From Antechinus flavipes (taxonomy: Eukaryota), in assembly GCF_016432865.1 (NCBI RefSeq), contig NC_067398.1, positions 117,428,001 to 117,492,000 on the forward strand: DNA of 64,000 nucleotides, written 5' to 3'. Positions 1-11,651 of the stretch are shown here, piece after piece (within the stretch, counting starts at the first letter, position 1; each line of letters begins with the position of its first letter). Below the pieces are notes generated by a model. It was not told the DNA's origin. It was given only the letters and a program-made list of their open reading frames with translations, and made no database searches. Both the position numbers and the translations under genes were made by a program.

Positions 1-3000
1 CTGGGCTCAGGCAGCTGCAGGGCCAGGTAGTCGGAGGGGAAGGGGGAATATGGGGGAGAGGCCAGCTGCAGGGGAGGGGAAAAAGGGGAGAATGAAGATG
101 GGAAAAGGATGGAAGTTGGGAGAGGGAGAAGAAGTTGAGGGAAGGGAAGGAAAAGGAGAAACCCAAACAAGAAAAAATGGAAAAACAAACAAACAAAAAA
201 AATGGTGATGAGCATGGTGGGGGCCAGCTGGCTATCCTCTGATTTCCAAACCTGCTTGCCTCCCTCCCAGCACTGACAACTAACTGGTCGCTCACCTCAG
301 AGGTATCATCTTCTTGGAGGACTTCCCTCCACTTGTCTTACCTCTGCCCTGCACTCAAAAAGATTCTGAGTCTGCATAAAAATGAACTTGAGGGAAAGGG
401 GGGAATATCATACAACAGTAAGAGACAGGACTTTGTCAAGTAAGCACTGACCCTTCTTAGTGATGGACCAGATTCACTTAGATCAGTTAAGGGAACTGGC
501 CAAGACCCACATCCTACAAAAGCAGCTCATTTCCAGTCAGTTATACTAAGTTGGTTCCTGATTCAGAAGAAGCTGCTGCCTGCCCTCAGCTTGGCATTTT
601 AGCATCATGAGAAGCTATGGGATTCTCCTTGTGCATCACCAACATCAGCCTGGCTGCTCTCTTTCCAAAAAGGCTGTCTATATCCTGCACAAAGTTAGTT
701 TTACTATAGACTGGGCAAAACTACAGACACAACTCATAGCCAAAAGGGTAGACACATCCCATACACCAGCCCCTATGAACACTGGGTGGACAAAGTCATA
801 ACCCATCAGTAACAATGCCACTGCCAGTTCCTGAAGCAAGCTCACCACATGATGTCTCAGCCAATCTGTGAAACCCACTTCAAGCAAGACAGCTGGCCTT
901 ACTTTCCTGATACAGAAACTAAAGCTGTCACATTGAAACCTTGGCCAAATCATGACCACTGAAACTTCTACTCACCGAGGTCAGGTACGGAGAGGGGCCC
1001 CCGGAGGCTTGCAGGGGAAACCCTGAGGATGGGGGTAGTGAAAGGCCAGAGGGGGATGGGGCACCCCCCAGAGGGGGACTTCTTTTCCTAGAAAGGGGAC
1101 AACAGAGAAGATCAGACCCCAAATAGCAAACCTCCAACTCTTGACTCTAGCCAAATTCTACTTGTGCCACCCCCTCTGGAAAGGACAGGGAACTAATATC
1201 ACAACTAGGCAGATATTCCAAAGAGATCAAAGACAGAGAGCGAGGACCTAAACATACAAAAATATTTATAGCAACACTTTTCATTGTGGCAAAGAAACGG
1301 AAATTAAGGGAGTGCCTAAAAGTTGGGGAATGGCTGAATAAATCACGACTCGTGAATGTAATTGACTATTAATACTCCATAACCAATGATGAAATATTTA
1401 AATTGAAGGAACCCAAGACTCAGGTAAACTGACAGAGTGAAGTAAGCAGAACCAGAAACACAATTTATACGATAACTACAACATTGTAAAAAAACAAAAC
1501 AAAACAATAAACCTAAACAACTTTTAAAGAGTTAAGAACTCTGAACAATGCAATATATTATTGCTATTCCAAAGGATCAACTAATGAAACATATTACCCA
1601 CTCACTACCTAACAAAGAAATGAAGGACCAAAAAGGCAGATTAAGATATTATTTTCTAAGATGGAATACGTAAGGATTTTTTTTCCTTGACTGTTTCTTA
1701 TTTGTTACAAGGGTGGGTTGTTTTAGGTTTTTTTTTTTCTCTTTTACAAAGAAAGGAGTGGCCCTACTGACAAGGATACCCTTCTCCCACCAATAAAGAA
1801 AAGAGAGTCATTTGTAGCACTGAAAATATACAGAAGAGAACAAAAGGAGACTCAGGAGACACAGGCAAGCAGGACAGCTTTGACACTAACATGGTAAATT
1901 TATTATATTATTTGAAGAAAGGCAAGCTGTATATAATAGAGATTCCTGGCTTCTCCTACAATTCTCTTTTTCTATTCTTCTGTGTATATGAAAATGCTCA
2001 TGTTTGATGATGTTTGTCAAGTACAGAATAACAAAAAAATCAAGTGCAAAGGGGAAAAAAAGAAAGGACAGAAAGAATTTGTCTTTAAGACGAGAAGGAT
2101 AGAGGACATGTTCTCACCTCTTGGGGGCTGGTGTTTCAGTGAGTTTGGGTGTTCCCTCTGTCTCACTGTTCTCTGAGGATGCTGTGGCATCTGAGTCTAA
2201 AAGAGAAAAGGGAAATTTTGGACTATTTTCTCTACTTCCTCAGTGCTCCCTCATACTGAAGGATGCAACATTTATTAAACACACCATACACATTCCTTGT
2301 TCTGACTTATTTGGAATGTCTTCTTTCATCTTTTCCGATCCTCTAAGTCATCATCTTCCTTTCAGACCAATCCTTCCAGGCCCTTTTCTCTGCTTTCCAT
2401 AATCATCCCAGTCAGAGTGATTTTTTCTTCCCCTGAACTCTAATTGTACTTGTACTTTTAACTAGATCAGCATATCCTACTTTTTTCTATAGAATACCTT
2501 TATGCTTTCCCCCCCAAATTTAGACCATAAACTCGTATGGAGCAAACAGGGACTCCCTTGTAGCTCCAAGATCCAGAATGATATCCTCGAAGTAGCAGGC
2601 AATTAGGAACACTTAAAAAGGGAATGTGAATATTAAGTTTTCATTTGTAGTAAAGTGTCTATATAAGTCAGTGTGGGATTTTGAGTCAGGAATATTTAAA
2701 GATTCCCATCTCAGGAAATCCAATGTTGTATCACCAATTAAGACTCAATTTTCTCATTAGTAGAATATGGAATATCTATCCTTTTAGAACTGTTAGATTC
2801 AAATATGATAATATGAGAAAAGTATTTTGAAAATTTAGTTGTACTATGTAAACATTAACTTTTATTATTATTTCTTTATATTCATTGTATAGATTAGAAA
2901 ACTAAGACCTAAAGTGTAACTTGTTCCAGGCAGAGTAGCAGAACTGAGAGTAACATTCAGTTCCTCTGATTCCTGGCTTGACTTTTTGAAAAGAATAAAT

Positions 3001-3881
3001 TCAGGCAGAAGGTTTTGGTAACCAATAGGGAAGACAGATGCGTGGTTCTGGCCAATCTTGGAACTCTATCTCCTCGATCTTAAATTTCCTCATTTGTAAA
3101 GTACCTCATATGCTTTTGGGGGAGTCAGAGGAGAGCTTTTTATATCAGTCTTAAAAAACTTATTACTGTGAGCAAAGGCACTCAAGGAATCTGATGAAGA
3201 GAGATGAAGGGGGTGAGTAGTACTCACTGTTCCAAGGGTGGCCAGTTCCTCTGCTCTAGTTTTTTACTCACCAGAAGAATCTTCATCCACATTTTCATAC
3301 TGCAGAAGACGATCCAGAAGGAAACTAAAGAAAAGGATGGGGAAGGAGGACTGAACAGTCGTGTTCCGGACTCCTTTCCCTTCAGAACACCCTCCTCCTG
3401 TTCCCATTTCAGACGGGCTCACCTCTTGTCCCGGGACACTTTCAGCAGCTTTCTCTGCGCCTTCCTCAGTTCCTCCTGAAAACACTCATGCTCCTGGATA
3501 AGAAAGCATCAGAGCTGGAAGGATCCTTGGACATGCTTTGGACCAAGCCCTTATTCCACAGGTGAGAGAAACGAAGGCTCAGACGGAAGGGGCTAGCCCA
3601 AGGTCATAAGGTTGGGGGGCAGGGCTGGAGCTGAATCCCTGAGGGTTTGGGAGTCTTCAGGCCTCCTCGTCGGGAGGGAGGGGAGGGGGCGCGAGGGGGC
3701 GAGTGGGGGGAGAAGATTCTCAAGGAACCCGTCAGAGGTTAGGTCTAGGGACCCTGGGGCAGGAGGGGCCAGGTACGGATCGGTCTCCTGACACACTTAC
3801 GTAGATTAGGAATTTGAGTTTCCGTTTCAGGTTCCGGTATTTCTTCTTGTAGTCCACCTCGACGTCCGCTTGCCCATTCAT
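1..3881 (-). CDS. INO80E: INO80 complex subunit E, exons 1-6 (3' end beyond window edge)
   Basis: Exons (minus): 3801-3881, 3423-3493, 3272-3324, 2118-2196, 976-1087, 1-65 (truncated). All have GT-AG boundaries with consistent phases. Translation [76 protein letters not shown]...[20 protein letters not shown]...[21 protein letters not shown] matches mammalian INO80E as recalled. Kozak gccATG. Confidence 0.96.
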
Positions 3882-5300
3882 GGCTGGCCGGGGAAATCAC
3901 ACTCACTTCGGGCGTCGGATGCCCGATCCTACTCAAGCTCGGGCTACAGGCCTTGCGGGGGAGGCCCCCCCCCGCCAAGGCTCGGGGAGAACCGTTACCT
4001 ACTCCCCACTCCACAACAGGCGCTGTCCGCTGCACAACTTCCGGAATCCGCCTACTCACTTCCACTTGAGACTACAGTTCCCAGAAGCACCCGCGCAGGG
4101 GTTTCGATGAAGAGAGTGGAGCACGAAAAAGGACTACCCAAGAGTGTCAGGGAAACGCGCGTGCGCAATGAAACCAGCAACCGGGGGGGGGGGGGGGAGG
4201 AGTTATCTCGGGCTCAGCGGAGGTATTGACCAACGGGCGCGTAGGGACGCGATGACATCACGAAAGATGAGCCGAGACGTTTGTCGTCCCATAACTCCGC
4301 TTGAGAAGTTAAAAGTTCGGAGGACTATACTGCGACGTACTGCTTTTAAAGCAGATCACGGCCTTCTCCGAGTTTTTAAACTCAGGATGTTGCGTTGGAA
4401 GAATTAGGACCACGCTCAGACTTCGCGAAATGCATACGTCACAGCCGAGCGCGGCGGAAGCGCCTGCGATTTACCCAAGCAAGGCTGAACACTTTTCGAA
4501 AAAGGGAAAAACCATCAAATTCACAGTTCCACTGAGAGGCCGCTTCCCGCCCCCCGGCTAGTAGGCCGCCTGCGCAACTTACTCCATACAACGTGAAGCT
4601 CCGCCCCGATTGAGCCAAAACTACGGTGGCCTGGAAGGGGACGAGCCGGTGTGAGAAAGAGGCATCGGCGAAGGTGGGGAAAAGGCGGGAGTTGTGGGAG
4701 CAGGACAGGGGGCGGGGCAAGATGGCGCGGGAACGCGAGATGCAGGACTTCATCCGGAGCCTCTTCCGGGGTCGCCCAGACCTGAGGTGAGAGGGGAAAA
4801 AAGACAGGGGGAGAGGAAGGGAGACGAGAGGGGGTTCGGGGTTCCTGGGCTCTGAACCGCGGGAGAAACCAAGAGTAGGCCGCGCCCTGCCGCGCCCCGC
4901 CCGGGGAGCCCGATGGGGAGGGGCGCCCGAGCCCGCCCCCGCGCCCTCCCCTTGACTCCGCGTCCCGCCCCCCAGCGTGTTGACCCACTCCATCGTACGG
5001 CAGAAGTACTTAGCCCACGTGGGCCTGGACCACCTGGAACCCGAGGACAAGAGGAAGCTGAAGCGGCTGGTAGAGGAAGAGCTGCTGAAGATGCAGGTGG
5101 AGGTGGGCCCGACCCCCCGCGGAGGCAGGGAAAGGGGAGAGGCGGCTCGGGAGGTCCCGGGATCCTCTGGCCGGCCAGTACCTCCCACTGATGTTTGGGA
5201 GGAGGAACTGCCGAAGATGCAGTTGGAGGTGGTCGCGGCGCCCCTGGGGCCAGGGGGGAGGGGAAGCCTCGGGATCCTCTGGCCAACTCACCCCTCCCCA
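3700..5300. promoter_or_regulatory. CpG island / bidirectional promoter shared by INO80E and HIRIP3
   Basis: CpG-rich. Divergent ATGs at 3881(-) and 4722(+), 841 bp apart. ZNF143/Staf-like ACTACAGTTCCCAGAAGCAC at 4071-4090, ETS CCGGAA near 4041, NRF1-like GCGCGTGCGC near 4157, YY1-like CAAGATGGCG overlapping the HIRIP3 start (4718-4727). Confidence 0.85.
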
Positions 5301-8300
5301 CTGACACTTCCCTGCACCCTGCCAGGGAGAGGAAGAAGAGGAGGAGGAGGCAGAAGAAGAACTGCTAACTGGGGAGCAAGAGCGGGTGAAGCGATCACTT
5401 AGCCCAAGCAGCACCTCTAGAGCGTCCCAAGTGAAAAAGAGGAGGAAGCCGTGTATCAACTCCGAGACAGGTCAGTCTCCTGCAAGTCGCAGGAGGGCCC
5501 CGGGAATTCCTCCCTCATTCTCTGCCCCCATCCTCTTCAAGGAGAAGATCCAATTCCTTATGTCTGAGGAGATTGGGGGGGATAGGGGGAGAGAGCAGGA
5601 GCCACGGTGGAAGAAAGGTCTCATCTGCTGAATTTGGTTTCCTTGTACTTTGCAGAACACAGCTCGGAGGACTCGGGTCTTGATCCCCAGCCTGAGAGCC
5701 CTCCCAGCTCCCCGAGGTCCCTGTCAGGCAGTGGGATAAGGGGAGTGAAGGAGCCTGAGGAGATTCTGACACCATCCAGGAAGATGACAGCTAAGGGGGA
5801 AGACCCTGAGGGGGAAAGTGAAGATGAAGAGGAGTTCAGGGCCTTTGTAAGAAAGAGGGGAGTAAAGGAAGTGTCGGAAGAAGAGAGTGAAAGCAGGAGC
5901 GAGGAGGAAGCCTGTTCCAAACAGAAGGGCCGGGTTGGGAAGAAGGGAGCGTCCAAGCCCGGGAAGGAGGAGCAGAAAGTCAGTCCCAGAGTGAAGGGAG
6001 GGAGAAAAGCAGCCCAAGTGTCGGAGAGTGATCAGACTGACAGCGAGGAGGAGGGGGATGGAGCTGCACCTCAAAAGAAGGGGTCCAGAGCCCCAGAGGA
6101 AACCAAGGAGTGCTCTGCAAGGAGGAGGGCTGTGGGGAAGTCGGTGAAGGAGGAAAGCAGCTCTGAAGAAGATGAGAAAAAAAGCCTGGCTAGGAAATGG
6201 CAACCAAAGCAGACTACTGAAGAGAATGCCAGATTTAGGAGAGGTCCTGGGAAGAAGGGAGTAAGAAAACTGGCCAGAGACAGTAGTGGGACAAGTGATG
6301 AGGAGGAAGAGGAAAGGGAGCAGAAAACAAGGGGCAGAAAGTCAGGAGGGAGACCAAAAAAGAGAGACGGGGGGACCCCAAGGGGAGGTAAGAAGGTAGC
6401 AAAACAGAGTGAGAGCAGTGAGGGAGAAGACAGTAAGGGGAAGGGGAAGAAGGGAGAGAGAAAGGCCATGGAGGAAGAAAGTGAGGAGAGCATCGAGGCT
6501 GAGGAGGGAGGGAGCAAAGCTCCCAGGGAGGATAGTGAGGAGGAGAGCAGAACCGATGACAGCAACCAAAGTGGATACAGGAAAAAGGGAGCCCCAAATG
6601 TCCAGGGCCGGTCTGAAGCAAGTGAGGATGAGGAAGAAAGGACAGGAAGGACCAAGAAGAAGGAGGCCAAAAAGGGCCGTGCACCCCCTTCTTCCACTTC
6701 CTCTCAGGACAGTAGCCCAGAAGCCAAATCAGGGAAGGTGAGACATGGGGTGTGGGAATGCCGGGGGCAGGGTTGAGAGGATAGGAAGATTTAGTTTAAA
6801 AATTACTTGTATTGATGTCTTTTGTTTTTATGTCTGATTCTATTCCACATGTATCCCATTCCTTCCTACTCTTTGGTTTTTTACAAAGAATAGAAAAAGG
6901 GAAGGGGTGGGACAAAGACTGTACAACAAAACTAATAAATCAGTGGTCTTGACTATATATGCAAAGTTTCACATCCATAGTTGCCCATCTCTGCAAAAAA
7001 GGGAGAGAGGGATGTTTCGTCCTGTCTTCTGGGACAAATTTGTTCATATAATTACAGAGCCTTCAATTTAATTTTTGTTATTTTTTCCTACGTTGTCAAT
7101 TGTATTTGTTATTTTCCTGGTATTGGTTACTACACTTTATATCAATTCATGTGTACTTTTCTATTCGTGTTTGTGGCTTTTTTATGGCAGAGTGCCATTC
7201 TATTATATTTTTATACCTCATTTTTCCGTGTGGGCACCCGTTTCCAACTTTTTGCTATTAAAAAATGTTCTGTTGTAAATATTTTAGTATATGTTGGGAT
7301 CTTTTGTGTGTTGTTTTGTTTTCTGGCCACTTTAAAATGTATGCTCAACAGTGGAATCTCTGGGGATGGATATTTTAATCAATTTTTTTTTAGTACAATT
7401 CAGAATTGAGTTTCAGAATGGTTAGACCAATTTCCAGCTCCAGCAACGATATATAATGTCTCTTTTCATCACTCCTTCAATACTGGTTACTCCCATATTT
7501 TTTGAATTAGATTTTTCTTTGGTGATTTGGAGTATCCTTTGTATGGAAAAGTAAATTTATAAAGGAGAAAGTGTAAATGTAGAAGTCATAATCATGAGTC
7601 AAGGGTAAAGTTAGTTTTTCCTCTATCCTACTCCCAACCTGGCTGTCATTCTTGGTGACCCTTTTCTCACCTTCCAACCTCTTTATTTCAGGGCTCTCGA
7701 AGAGGAGAGGACCATCCTGCAGTAGTTCGGCTAAAGCGATATATCCGAGCTTGTGGTGCCCATAGAAATTACAAGAGGCTGCTGGGTTCCTGCCGCTCTC
7801 ATCAGGAACGACTCAGAGTCCTTAAAGCAGAGCTGCAAGATTTAGGCTTAGAGGGTGAGGTGAAAACAACTGGGAAAGGAAACAGAGAAGGAAGGGAAGC
7901 CTGGTAGGAGGTACAGGCTTCTGGGAAAACTACCAGTTTATTGACACCTTGGGTAATCAGATTGACAATGGGAGGTTAGCTCAGGAGACCTAGAAAGAAG
8001 GGATCAAGAATTCCAGAGGGGATCAAGGAAAGTCCTGCTTAAAAGGTGACCAAAGAGCTAGTGGAGAAGCCAAGTCAAAGATAGATTTAAGAAACAATGA
8101 ATAAGAGAGTATTGGCCCCACCTGCTTCTATCTTCTTGGAGCCCACTCTTCTGGTCCTAGGAGAAAAGATATCAAGGCTAAACTTAAAAAAAATTCCTTT
8201 TTTCTCAGGTAACCCTTCCCTGGAGAAGTGCCGAGCAGTGAAGGAGCGAAGGGAGGAGGCAGCAGAGATGGCCTCTTTGGACATCAGTAACATCATCAGT

Positions 8301-8977
8301 AGTTCAGGTACAGATAGTGAGGAAAGGGAAAGTAGATATATAGAAGTAGCTGGGTGAAAAATAAAGCATTCGAATCAGAAGGACTTGAGTTCAAATCCTA
8401 AAACATTAACTGTATGACTGGGCAAGTCACTTAACTTGTGTCATTCTCCAATTGTTATCTCAAAAGTGGGGTTAATAATAGTACCTAACTATGAATAAGA
8501 TTGGTGTTAGAATCAAATGAGATCCTTTAAGTTACTGTCTTGATAACATTACTTTGTGTAGGGGGTATAAAGTAGTGAGAAGAAGAAAGGGAAAAAGGCT
8601 TTTAGGTCAGTTCTACACTGATCCCTTGCTATTGTGAGGGAATATGCTGAACTTTTTTTTGGAAGCTAGTTCAAATTCTGGCTGTCTTACTATGTCTGTG
8701 ACCTTGGATGCCGAAATATCTCTGGGTCTATTTTCTTCTCCACAAAACATTTTAAAAGAATCACTAAGATCCACTCTAATTCTAAATTTTATAATTCTCA
8801 GGGCGATCTCGGAGACGCAATGCTTGGAACCCACGTGGGGAAGTTGGGCTATCCCAGGAGGAGCTGTACCACCGGAGAGCCCTGGATTCAGATGGGGATG
8901 AGCCAAGGGCCCACCCACCACCTACTGATTGGTCAAACCTTCGGGGCATTATCAGCAGTGATGGGGAGAGTGACTAA
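4722..8977 (+). CDS. HIRIP3: HIRA-interacting protein 3 (histone chaperone), about 616 aa, 7 coding exons
   Basis: Exons: 4722-4786, 4976-5096, 5326-5470, 5656-6737, 7692-7854, 8209-8307, 8802-8977 (1851 nt, in frame). N-terminus MAREREMQDFIRSLFRGRPDLSVLTHSIV; acidic/basic low-complexity exon 4; CHZ-like C-terminus EDHPAVVRLKRYIRACGAHRNYKRLLGSC...DWSNLRGIISSDGESD*. AATAAA at 9280-9285. Confidence 0.95.
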
Positions 8978-10026
8978 GACACCCCAAAGCTTCTAGAAGC
9001 CACAGTGCCTCTTGAGCATAGGAAGGAATCTGGTCCTGCCCTTGTATAAATTGTATAGAGTACCCTCCATTGGGTCTAAGTATTTATATATGTATTTTCC
9101 TGTTTCCAGTTTTGTCTGTCCGTGGTAAGTGACTTTTTTTTTTTCTTATCTGAAAGGATGTTACAGAAGCAGTGACTTTCATATCTACAAGGATGAAGTT
9201 GCTTGAGTCTGGGCTCTTAGGTTCATATTCTCATGTTTTTGACTGAAATACTGATATTTATGTGGGCTTTAAAAGTCTCAATAAATGAATATTTGTTACC
9301 TATTGCTTCATGTTTCTGGCCCAAGGTGGAAGCCAAGCCAAGGCCTCTTTTTCTGTGTTAGGTCAACTCAGGAAAGCTGGCCCAACTCAGATTGCTTATC
9401 ATTGCAATAACCAACCAATTTTACTTCAGAACAGCCTATGCTGCATCTACCTCTCATCTTCCCTTCTATTCACTTAAGTTCTCTTACTTTTGTTGTGTGC
9501 AAAGGTGAGAGCAGTTTTATCATTGGGACATATAAACCAGTAGTTTTAGCTCATTGCTGCTTCCTTTCTCACAAGAGTTGGGGAATGAATCCTTAAAACT
9601 CCTCCAGGAGTCCTAACTAGCCATGTCATTTTAGACTTGTTAGTTTGTCTCTTAGGGCTATTGCATCATAAGGCAAAGGGATCACTAAATATTCTCAAGG
9701 GTTCCTGGATTGTAAAATAGTAATTTTTTTCTCATAGCCCAAGGAGTGGGACAATTATATCGCTTATTAGTCCCCAACTGGCCTCCTCTTTTATCTTTGG
9801 ATATCCTTAGTAGGATTCTGGTTCAACCTACTGAAGGCCTTAAATTGGACAGGCACAGGATTATGTCTGGTCCACTCCTCCACTAAGGACAGTTAAATAG
9901 AAGCTCTGCTCTCCTAAAAGTGGAATGTTAAGGCAGGTAGGTTAGGCTTCAAGACTGCCTATTCCAAAGGATACAGTGCTAAAAGATAAGCCCACTGAAT
10001 AATTGAACAGTTGATTGGTCCTGGAG

Positions 10027-10445
10027 AACAGATGACAAAGTACTTGCCTTCAGAGTATTGGGAGACTATGAAATAGAATGTTGCTTATACTGTTAGGATA
10101 GTTTTGCTTAACTTTTTAGGTTATAATAGATTTTCATCTTAAAGGGATGTGTAGCTGGGGATTGATAACAGATGACAAAGTACTTGCCTTCAGAGTATTG
10201 GGAGACTATGAAATAGAATGTTGCTTATACTGTTAGGATAATTTTGCTTAACTTTTTAGGTTATAATAGATTTTCATCTTAAAGGGATGTGTAGCTGGGG
10301 ATTGATAACAGATGACAAAGTACTTGTCTTCAGAGTATTGGGAGACTATGAAATAGAATGTTGCTTATACTGTTAGGATAGTTTTGCTTAACTTTAGGTT
10401 ATGATAGATTTTTATCTTAAAGGGATGTGTAGCTGGGCATTGATA
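10027..10445. repeat. Tandem repeat, 3 x 140 bp
   Basis: The unit AACAGATGACAAAGTACTTGCCTTCAGAGTATTGGGAGACTATG...GTAGCTGGGGATTGAT starts at 10027, 10167 and 10307. Copies 1 and 2 differ by about one base; copy 3 differs by about five changes. Confidence 0.95.
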
Positions 10446-11651
10446 GGGCCTGAGGGTTAGAAATGACTGACACAAATGAGTGGGAATCCAAAGGACTAGA
10501 TCAACCTGAACTGCTAAAACAAGGGCCTGGCCAGCAAGCTCCTTGATTCCCATTGTGCTGTGCCACCTGGAAAAATGAGGGGGCAGTCTAATGTTGCCCA
10601 TCTTAGAGAGAAAGCCTGAGTCAAGGAGCTGGTTAGAATATCCAACAGTTTATTAAAAGCTCCCCTGGCCCCAGGGTTCCATGATGGCCCCTAAGTTCCA
10701 GGAGCCTTGGCCCTCACTGCCCCCATCCTGCCTCTTAACAGCAGGAATATAAAGGGAACTGTGAGAGTCTCCTCTGATTTAACACCCCTGGGGAGCTGCC
10801 TTTTCTCAGGTCTGTTCCTCACTTCCCCCCTCCCCAGCCCCAACTCTGACTTGGAAAAAAAAAAAAAAATTGACAAGACGGGCACAGGACATCAGACAGC
10901 AATGGGGGAAGGAGGGTTCAGAAGAGGGATCCTGAGCTTTCCACCCAAGTATCCTCCCCCTCTCTCTGCCACCCAGGGGCCTTTCATACCCCCAGACCCT
11001 GCTCTTCCAGGACCCATTCTCTCATGCCCCCTGGGCCCAGAGTTCCCTTGGCAACAATATGATGAGGGCACCTGGAGGGATTATTATATTTCTCTGAATA
11101 TATCTATGTATCTACACCCTACCCGCCCCTCCCCCCACTGCCCAGGGACTCTATACAGGTTCCCAAGGCACCCTAGGTGGGTATTTCTCTCTCTCTCTCT
11201 CTCTCTCACACATACACGCCCACACACACACATGCACGCGCAGGCACACGCGCACACAATCTCCCCCTTCCCTAGTCCATGATGGAGGAAGATACTGGCA
11301 CCATGATGGGAAAGTCAGGAACTCCTGGGTCTGTACTGGAGTCCAGGCTATATACTCCCAAACTCAGAGCCAAGGGCCTGACTTCACCCCAAGGGAAGCT
11401 CACAAGATAAGAAGGGACCAGGGAAGCAAGAACAGCAAATGTCCTGTTACCTTCCCTTCTAAGCGCTGGCTTGGGCTCTCAAAAGCCCCCAGAGCTTAGG
11501 TCCTCAGTCTTCCAGGTTCCAGTGGCTGAGGGAGCTAGGTCCTTCCAGCCCCAGGGAAACCTAGGCTTCAGCTCTCTTCCCCCACCTCTGTCTGTTTTCA
11601 GCCTAGGTGGAAGGAACCCAAGCAAGGGACATCAGCTATCCCTGCCGCAGT

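Noticed and set aside
219-235. CAG-CTGGCC sequence mimicking the INO80E exon 6 acceptor
   Set aside because: It has no pyrimidine tract upstream. The true acceptor at 66/65 has a long tract and gives the conserved peptide.
4439-5307. Long ORFs (249, 185, 155 aa) in the INO80E/HIRIP3 CpG island; similar ones at 25093-26091 and 56321-56942
   Set aside because: Stop-codon depletion from high GC explains them. The products are Pro/Gly/Arg-rich with no homology I recognise, and several start at non-ATG codons.
5621-6697. Several long minus-strand ORFs opposite HIRIP3 exon 4
   Set aside because: These are shadow ORFs of a purine-rich low-complexity exon, giving Ser/Leu/Phe-rich translations with no domain.
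8644-8901. ORF-track frame ending ...FRWG* suggested a frameshifted HIRIP3 last exon
   Set aside because: The spliced frame from 8802 (GG CGA TCT...) is a different frame and stays open to TAA at 8977 with the conserved C-terminus.
9121-9131. Strong donor-like GTG|GTAAGT in the HIRIP3 3'UTR (possible NMD-inducing intron)
   Set aside because: There is no convincing acceptor at a usable distance before the AATAAA at 9280, so it cannot be supported without RNA data.
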